This document shows positions 17,929-24,000 of a stretch of 24,000 nucleotides of DNA, piece by piece. The DNA comes from Flavobacteriales bacterium (lineage in GTDB: Bacteria; Bacteroidota; Bacteroidia; Flavobacteriales_D; Parvicellaceae): NCBI GenBank assembly GCA_029243225.1, contig JAQWSL010000007.1, positions 20,790 through 44,789 of the forward strand, written 5' to 3'. The stretch's first letter is position 1, and the number at the start of each line of letters is the position of its first letter. A program made the position numbers and the translations under genes. Under the pieces are notes generated by a model, which was given only the letters and a program-made list of their open reading frames with translations, was not told the DNA's origin and ran no database searches.

Positions 17929-20444
17929 CTTACAAGGGTTACTGTTCCTTTTTTAACTTCATTTTCACCATCATTGTAAATTACATTTGCTTTATAAACG
18001 TAAACTCCAGAATTAACTGGTTGATTATTGAAACTACCATCCCATAATATAGATGTAGACTGAGTGTTGAACATTAATTGTCCCCATCTGTCATAAATTG
18101 ATAAATTGAATTTAGCTACGTCAACCCCTGCAAAAATATCTAGTAAATCATTATTGTTATCGTTGTTTGGAGAGAAAGCAGAAGGAATGCTAATGCCATC
18201 ATAAGTAGGAGTAGGAGGTGAGCCTTCTAATCTAAAATGTCCAGTTATAGTTTGAGCTCCTGAAGCTTGAAAGTTTGCAAACGAAGAGTCAACTGCAGGG
18301 TTAAATGTTTCAGAAAGAGATGATTCCCAATAATCAAAAACATACCCAGCATTTGGACTTGAATTCACATTAATATCTATTCCACCAAAATAATTTCCAG
18401 TAAAGGGATAGGTGTCAATCCAAATCGAATTAACTTTTATGTTTCCTGAAAGTGGAGGAGCAACTTCAAATGTAATGTCATAAGGTCCCAAAAGGTTGTA
18501 ACAATCTACTAGCCCTGTATTAAGGGCTACACATCTTGCATTTATAAAATCTTTTAAATTCTGAACATTGTTATTCCAAGTAGCCATACTTCCGCCCCAT
18601 TTTGCAACTTGACCCGGCATTTCAGGTTCGATTAAAGCAATAAGACTGTCTAGATGATTTATCATATAATCACAACTATAAACAGTGTTTCCCAAATCAA
18701 TGTATCTAGAAATGTAAAATTGTTCAAATGTAGGATTGTCCATTAGTTTGACCAATATTTCAGTATGACCTTGTCCGCCAGGGTCTGGAAGTGATTCTGG
18801 ATTACAAGGGTCAGCGTTTGCAGATTGGTCAGGAATTCCGGTGTAGTTAATGTAATGACCAAATGTTGCATCCATATCCCAAAGTGTATATCTCCACTTT
18901 TTCTTGTCTCCGTCTGGGTTTAAACCCCTCCACCATGCAGTATTCCAGTTTAACCAATCCATACAAACAGTGTAGCTATTTAAGCAAAAATAATCGACTA
19001 AACTTTTCCAATTGTATAAGCTATCAACATAGTCAAAATTTGCTTGAATTGACATGTCGTTTGTTTGAATATAATTTAGTAGAGAATTCCAATCAGATTG
19101 AGCATTTGGAGATCCAAATTGTTGCCAAGTACCTCCCCAAGTTTTAAGGAATTGAATGTACTCAGGACTATTACTAAATTTTTCATCTTGATCATAATAC
19201 CTAGAAAGAAAATCATCATCATCTACTTTTTCACGAATTTCATAAACTCCCCAATATTCACCGTCTACATATAAAATACACGGTTCATAAGATCGTTCAT
19301 CTAGCCTTAAACCACCAACTTGAGATAAGGAGTGTACATAGGCATCTCTTATGTGTGCTCCGCCACTTTCAAATGAGATGTTGTCATTTGCAGCTGCTTT
19401 AATTATTAAACGCTGGTACTTATCTCTATCTTTCCCTCTAAAAATAGGGTGTTTGATGGCGTAGTTATAACCCTCTTGATCTTTCATTATAAAATCTATC
19501 CCTCTTTGATCATATGACCAGCTGTCATTTCCGTGTTTATTGTAATCTCCTGTTCCTTCGTCTATTAAAACTCCTGTACTTGCAAAATATTCAATTGCAC
19601 CATTAAAATTATCTGTAAAGGCATTCGAAAGATCATCATTTATAAAGTCAGTAATTTCATCACCACATATAGAGATGATAGCAATCGTGTGAGTAGTATT
19701 AATAAAATAAGTATTTGTTTCAATAAAACTATTTGGAATGTTTGGGTCAGAACTAATAGCGATAGCTCTAATCACTTTATTTGTGTTAACAGAGATTGCA
19801 CCATTTGCTATATTAGAAGTAGCATTTGGAATACTCCCATCTGTTGTATAATGAACATTCGTGTTAAAATCAGGACAGGTAATGTTTAATGAAATGGTAC
19901 CGCTATGGTACCCGGGATCCAAGTCAAAAATTGGAGTTGCAGCATATTCTAAAGATGAATTTGAATTTGGGCCATTCGGAGTTGAATTTGTGAAAAGTGA
20001 CCAATAGTTACTTCCATCACTAGTTCTTCCTCTTGAGTGATTTAGCTGACAGGGTAAGATTTGAACCTGATCAATAACAACACCATTTGGATCGGAAATT
20101 AAAATTTCTTCTGGTTTTGTTTGGGTTAGTTTAAAAGATGTATGTATAATTCCTCCCGTAAATTCATCTCTTCCAGAGCATACAACCATAATTCTTCCTC
20201 CGGCAGGAATTGTTCCTGAGCTAATTTGATACTTTATAATGTCTGTAGGTTTATCTGATAAATACCAACCTGTTAAATCTACAGGGTTTGTAGAATTATT
20301 GTAAAGTTCAAACCAATCTTCAAAATTTCCGTAATTATCTGCATAATTAGAATTATTTGATGCACAATACTCGTTAATTAAAACTTGACCATTAGAATTA
20401 AGTAAAATAAAAATTGAGAAAAGGAATGAGATTATTTTTTTCAT
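17925..20444 (-). CDS. CotH-family protein with N-terminal lamin tail domain, chitobiase-like domain and T9SS type B (gliding motility-associated) C-terminal domain
   Basis: 'GQVLINEYCASNNSNYADNYGNFEDWFELYNNS' (lamin tail). 'HYTTDGSIPNATS' (chitobiase C-like). 'YVDGEYWGVYEIREKVDDDFLSRYY' and 'LWDMDATFGHY' (CotH). 'ISIPSAFSPNNDNNNDLLDIF...SIYDRWGQLMFNT...GVYVYKANV' (type B tail). Stop/start overlap of 4 nt with porP/sprF-like gene. Confidence 0.9.
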   Translation of the reverse strand: MKKIISFLFSIFILLNSNGQVLINEYCASNNSNYADNYGNFEDWFELYNNSTNPVDLTGWYLSDKPTDIIKYQISSGTIPAGGRIMVVCSGRDEFTGGIIHTSFKLTQTKPEEILISDPNGVVIDQVQILPCQLNHSRGRTSDGSNYWSLFTNSTPNGPNSNSSLEYAATPIFDLDPGYHSGTISLNITCPDFNTNVHYTTDGSIPNATSNIANGAISVNTNKVIRAIAISSDPNIPNSFIETNTYFINTTHTIAIISICGDEITDFINDDLSNAFTDNFNGAIEYFASTGVLIDEGTGDYNKHGNDSWSYDQRGIDFIMKDQEGYNYAIKHPIFRGKDRDKYQRLIIKAAANDNISFESGGAHIRDAYVHSLSQVGGLRLDERSYEPCILYVDGEYWGVYEIREKVDDDDFLSRYYDQDEKFSNSPEYIQFLKTWGGTWQQFGSPNAQSDWNSLLNYIQTNDMSIQANFDYVDSLYNWKSLVDYFCLNSYTVCMDWLNWNTAWWRGLNPDGDKKKWRYTLWDMDATFGHYINYTGIPDQSANADPCNPESLPDPGGQGHTEILVKLMDNPTFEQFYISRYIDLGNTVYSCDYMINHLDSLIALIEPEMPGQVAKWGGSMATWNNNVQNLKDFINARCVALNTGLVDCYNLLGPYDITFEVAPPLSGNIKVNSIWIDTYPFTGNYFGGIDINVNSSPNAGYVFDYWESSLSETFNPAVDSSFANFQASGAQTITGHFRLEGSPPTPTYDGISIPSAFSPNNDNNNDLLDIFAGVDVAKFNLSIYDRWGQLMFNTQSTSILWDGSFNNQPVNSGVYVYKANVIYNDGENEVKKGTVTLVR

Positions 20445-20562
20445 TAAAAATTTGTTAATCGTTGGGGCTGTGTATACAATTAATAGACTTGTAAGTTAAG
20501 TGTTTAGTTGCTTAATTAGTAATGAATTTTATATGTAAATATACTATTAATTTAAAAAATCT

Positions 20563-20751
20563 CTAATTGGGGAAAATTGTCATGAATTTCACTTGTAATA
20601 TTGCATTAATGTATTGATAACCACTTATTTGTTTGTTTATTGATTTAATTAACTGGTCTAAATGGTTGTCTGAACATTGATTTAAGTTGTCATTAATGCT
20701 AAACATATTCCAAAAACTTTGAATAAAAGCTATTTTTTCAAATCGTGACAT
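20563..20751 (-). CDS. Short hypothetical protein (62 aa)
   Basis: ORF in an otherwise empty gap, in the same direction as its neighbours. No recognised motif. Confidence 0.35.
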   Translation of the reverse strand: MSRFEKIAFIQSFWNMFSINDNLNQCSDNHLDQLIKSINKQISGYQYINAILQVKFMTIFPN

Positions 20752-20843
20752 AATATTTTATACGTTGTTATCTTAAAAAAGATATTATCTATATAATAAA
20801 AACACAATTTTTTTGTAGGTGTTGTCTAGTGATCTAATGAATT

Positions 20844-21554
20844 TTAAATTTCATTTAAAAGATTAGCAACACTGTCTTGGGTTAATTGGGCAAGTTGCTC
20901 TGCTGAAAAATCAGGATAATCAATCGGATTTATAGGGTGACCAATATTTACATTTATTTTATGAGATCTTAACTTGAAACTACTTGGTGGGTTTACTTCT
21001 AAGGTACCTTTTATTGCTACAGGTACAATCGTTATGTTACTGTTCTTAGCAATGATAAAGCTTCCTCTTTTGAATAGATTTAATTCTCCATTTTTAGAAC
21101 GTGTTCCTTCAGGAAAAGTAACGACATTTCTACCGCTTAAAATTAGTTCTCCAGCTTTTTGCATACTAGACATGGCTTTTTCTGTATTTGAACGATCAAT
21201 AAAAATCATTCCTGCAGAACTTACATACCAACCAATGAAAGGAATTTTTTTCAACTCTTTTTTAGCGATAAAATGAATGGGTTTGTCCATAGAAATAAAC
21301 ATTGCTGGAATGTCATACATTGATTGGTGATTTGCACAATAAATCACAGGTTTTTCAAGTTTTGATATTCTATCTTTATTATGCAAATAAACTGGGGAAA
21401 AAACAATTGCACAGAGTAGTCTTGACCAAATGTTTTTTGCTATCCAAAATGAAAGGTTTTTAGAAATAATTAAAGCAAGTATTGCTAAAATTCCAGAGAA
21501 AATAATGGCTAAAAAGATAAATACCCATTGAATTAAATTAATAATTTTCCACAT
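20844..21554 (-). CDS. plsC: 1-acyl-sn-glycerol-3-phosphate acyltransferase (PlsC family)
   Basis: 'CANHQSMYDIPAMF' (NHxxxxD) and 'VTFPEGTRSKNGELNLFKRGSF' acyltransferase motifs, with an N-terminal TM helix. Confidence 0.92.
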   Translation of the reverse strand: MWKIINLIQWVFIFLAIIFSGILAILALIISKNLSFWIAKNIWSRLLCAIVFSPVYLHNKDRISKLEKPVIYCANHQSMYDIPAMFISMDKPIHFIAKKELKKIPFIGWYVSSAGMIFIDRSNTEKAMSSMQKAGELILSGRNVVTFPEGTRSKNGELNLFKRGSFIIAKNSNITIVPVAIKGTLEVNPPSSFKLRSHKINVNIGHPINPIDYPDFSAEQLAQLTQDSVANLLNEI

Positions 21555-21571
21555 GAATATTTATCTGTTAA

Positions 21572-22825
21572 CTAGTTATTAGTGTCTAAGACTTTTTCTG
21601 AATGGTATTCGCCAATATCTAATTTAGATTTTATTGCTTTGAATATTTTAATCGTGTAGTCTACATCATCAAGAGAGTGTGCTGCTGTAGGTATTAGTCT
21701 TAATAGTATCATTCCTTTAGGAACTACAGGATAAACAACAATAGAGCAGAACAAACTGTGATTCTCTCTAAGATCGAATGTTAAATTGGTTGCTTCACCT
21801 AAAGTTCCAGTTAGCATTACAGGTGTAACACATGAGTTTGTATTTCCTAGGCTAAATCCTGCATTTTTTAATCCGCTTTGCAAAGCATTGGTTATGGTCC
21901 AAAGTTTTTCTCTTTGTTCTTTTCCTTTTAAAAGTTCTAATCTTTTACGAGCCCCTACCACTAATGGCATTGGAAGAGATTTTGCAAAAATTTGAGATCT
22001 CATGTTGTAAGCTAGATAGTTAATGATGTCATCATTACTACAAATAAAAGCACCAACACTTGCCATAGATTTTGCAAATGTTCCAAAAAGGACATCAATC
22101 TCATCTTGAACGCCTTGGTGCTCTCCAGCTCCTTGTCCCGTTTCACCTAGAGTTCCAAAGCCATGAGCATCATCTACAAAAAGTCTAAATTCAAATCGTC
22201 CAGATTTTCTGTATTCTATAATTTCTTTTAGTTTTCCTTGATCACCACTCATTCCAAAAACCCCTTCAGTAACTACCAGAATACCTCCTCCAGTTTCTTC
22301 AGCTAGTTTAGTAGCGGTAACCATTTGCTTTTCAAAACTAACCATATCATTGTGAATGAAAACCTTTCGTTTACCTTGGTGAAGTCTTACTCCATCAACC
22401 ATGCAGGCATGAGATTCACTGTCGTAAACAATTACATCGTTTCTGTCAACAAGAGCTTCAATAGCAGACATGCAACCTTGGTATCCAAAATTCAATAAAT
22501 AGCAAGCATCTTTGTCCATAAAAGACGCTAATTCTTCTTCTAATTTTTCGTGTTCACTTGTTTGCCCTGACATCATTCTTGCACCCATTGGATAACCGAG
22601 TCCCCAACGTTTAGCAGCATCTGCATCAGCTTTTCTAACTTCAGGAAGATTTGAAAGCCCTAAGTAATTGTTGATGCTCCATGTAAGAACTTCCTTGCCT
22701 TTAAAGGTCATTCTAGGTGCAATGTCACCTTCAAGCTTAGGGAAAGTGAAATAACCGTGTGATTCCTTAGCATGCTGACCAAGAGGTCCTCTGTTGGCTT
22801 TAATTTTGTCAAAAATATCTCTCAT
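21572..22825 (-). CDS. PLP-dependent alpha-oxoamine synthase (serine palmitoyltransferase / cysteate fatty-acyltransferase-like)
   Basis: 'SINNYLGLSNLPEVRKA', 'DDAHGFGTLGETGQG', 'LFGTFAKSMASVGAFI' (PLP lysine region), which matches the Bacteroidetes alpha-oxoamine synthase pattern. Confidence 0.85.
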   Translation of the reverse strand: MRDIFDKIKANRGPLGQHAKESHGYFTFPKLEGDIAPRMTFKGKEVLTWSINNYLGLSNLPEVRKADADAAKRWGLGYPMGARMMSGQTSEHEKLEEELASFMDKDACYLLNFGYQGCMSAIEALVDRNDVIVYDSESHACMVDGVRLHQGKRKVFIHNDMVSFEKQMVTATKLAEETGGGILVVTEGVFGMSGDQGKLKEIIEYRKSGRFEFRLFVDDAHGFGTLGETGQGAGEHQGVQDEIDVLFGTFAKSMASVGAFICSNDDIINYLAYNMRSQIFAKSLPMPLVVGARKRLELLKGKEQREKLWTITNALQSGLKNAGFSLGNTNSCVTPVMLTGTLGEATNLTFDLRENHSLFCSIVVYPVVPKGMILLRLIPTAAHSLDDVDYTIKIFKAIKSKLDIGEYHSEKVLDTNN

Positions 22826-22990
22826 GATGTTGTTTTCTATGTGTCTTTAGTCTTGTAAGTAGGTTAATAATCGGCTAAATTAAAACACTTATATATCCCT
22901 TACAATACTATTGTCGTTTTTTATTAACATGTTGTAAATATTTATAGCTTACAATTTTATTTTCAATGGTGCGTTAGTTACTAAAAAAAT

Positions 22991-22998
22991 TATATTTG
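22991..22998 (+). promoter_or_regulatory. Candidate Bacteroidetes -7 box upstream of bamD
   Basis: TATATTTG is an exact match to TAnnTTTG and ends 7 nt before the bamD ATG. A -33 TTG at good spacing was not found. Confidence 0.4.
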
Positions 22999-23005
22999 CA
23001 AACGC

Positions 23006-23812
23006 ATGAAATATTTCAAATTCTTATCTATCTTCTTAGTATTCACTTTTTTAGTGGGATGTTCTGATTATAGTAAAATTGTAAAAGGAACGGATTACAA
23101 TTTAAAATATGAAACAGCTGTAGATTGTTATAATAATGGCGATTGTTTCAAATCACTTCCTTTATTCGAGGAGTTAATGTCTTATTTTAAAATGACAGAC
23201 AAAGGTGAAGATGTGTATTATTACTATGCCAAGACACAATTTTGTTTGAATGATTATTATTTAGCAGGTTATTATTTTAAAAGGTTTTCTAAGAATTTTC
23301 CCAATAGTGATCGAGCAGAAGAATGTTCCTTTAACAGTGCGATTTGTTACATGAAAAATTCTCCAGATTTTTATTTAGATCAGTCAGACACCTATAAATC
23401 GATAGATGAGTTTCAGTTATTTATGAATAGATATCCTCAAAGTCCTCTGGTTGATAGTTGTAATGTTTTGATTAAAGCTCTAAGAGCTAAATTAGAGCTT
23501 AAAAGTTTTGAAAAATCTAATTTGTATTTTAAAATGGAAAAATACCGTTCTGCAGTCATAGCTTTTAATTCAACTTTAGAGCAATTTCCAGATACAAAAT
23601 ATAGAGAAAAAATACTTTTTATGATTGTTAAGGCGAATTATATGTTTGCTTCCAATAGCATTGACAAGAAAAAAACAGAAAGATTTGAAGCAACTATCGA
23701 TTCTTATCTTACCTTTGTGGACTCTTTTGAAAAAAGTGATTATTTAAAGACTGCAGAGTCTTATTATAATTCTTCTTTAAGAGAAATTGAAAAACAGAAT
23801 AATTTAAATTAG
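23006..23812 (+). CDS. bamD: Outer membrane protein assembly factor BamD
   Basis: Lipoprotein signal 'MKYFKFLSIFLVFTFLVGCSD'. TPR-like 'YETAVDCYNNGDCFKSLPLFEELMSYFKMTDKGEDVYYYYAKTQFCLNDYYLAGYYFKRFSKNFPNSDRAEECSF'. Followed by an rpoZ-like gene, as in many Bacteroidetes. Confidence 0.9.
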   Translation: MKYFKFLSIFLVFTFLVGCSDYSKIVKGTDYNLKYETAVDCYNNGDCFKSLPLFEELMSYFKMTDKGEDVYYYYAKTQFCLNDYYLAGYYFKRFSKNFPNSDRAEECSFNSAICYMKNSPDFYLDQSDTYKSIDEFQLFMNRYPQSPLVDSCNVLIKALRAKLELKSFEKSNLYFKMEKYRSAVIAFNSTLEQFPDTKYREKILFMIVKANYMFASNSIDKKKTERFEATIDSYLTFVDSFEKSDYLKTAESYYNSSLREIEKQNNLN

Positions 23813-23813
23813 A

Positions 23814-24000
23814 ATGGCATATAGAGATAACACTGCAGAAAGAACAACTATTACTAGGAATCTTAGGGATATGGAAAATCCTTTAGGAAATGTTTATGAA
23901 ACAATTGTTGTACTATCTAAAAGATCTAACCAAATTAATTCTGAGCTGAATGAGGAGCTATCTCAAAAGCTAGATGAATTTGCTTCTACAACTGACAATT
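23814..24000 (+). CDS. rpoZ: RNA polymerase omega subunit-like protein (truncated by window end)
   Basis: ATG one base after the bamD stop. My translation is 'MAYRDNTAERTTITRNLRDMENPLGNVYETIVVLSKRSNQINSELNEELSQKLDEFASTTDN', which resembles the Bacteroidetes omega-like family. Open to the window edge. Confidence 0.8.
   Translation, partial: MAYRDNTAERTTITRNLRDMENPLGNVYETIVVLSKRSNQINSELNEELSQKLDEFASTTDN

Noticed and set aside
18863-19889. Plus-strand ORFs 18863..19147 and 19689..19889 inside the CotH-like gene
   Set aside because: Antisense within a confidently assigned multi-domain gene, with no independent support.
20974-21995. Plus-strand ORFs 20974..21276 and 21786..21995 inside the plsC and alpha-oxoamine synthase genes
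   Set aside because: They mirror conserved enzyme motifs on the other strand, so they are not independent genes.

Overview
This is an ordinary chromosomal window from an AT-rich Bacteroidetes (Flavobacteriia-like) genome. From left to right it holds: the 3' end of a signal peptidase I gene; a WbqC-like gene; a GH3/beta-lactamase-fold fusion; and a cluster of partner-switch signalling genes. That cluster comprises two large propeller/Y_Y_Y/TM/SpoIIE-type phosphatases, a SiaC-like (DUF1987) protein and a SiaB-like (DUF6272) protein that looks internally duplicated. Further right are a DUF2779 protein with Cas4/RecB-like and DEDD-like nuclease motifs, a PI-PLC-like phosphodiesterase with a T9SS C-terminal tail, a type A T9SS secreted PKD protein, a PorP/SprF protein paired with a CotH/lamin-tail type B T9SS substrate, a PlsC acyltransferase plus alpha-oxoamine synthase pair, bamD, and the start of an rpoZ-like gene. 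I see no CRISPR array, tRNA, rRNA, transposase or prophage. The best candidate for something under-described is the SiaABC-like partner switch. Its phosphatase carries a periplasmic propeller sensor, its kinase-like protein has two tandem copies of the SiaB domain, and a second paralogous phosphatase lies about 4 kb away. Family calls are from motif recognition only; no searches were run.
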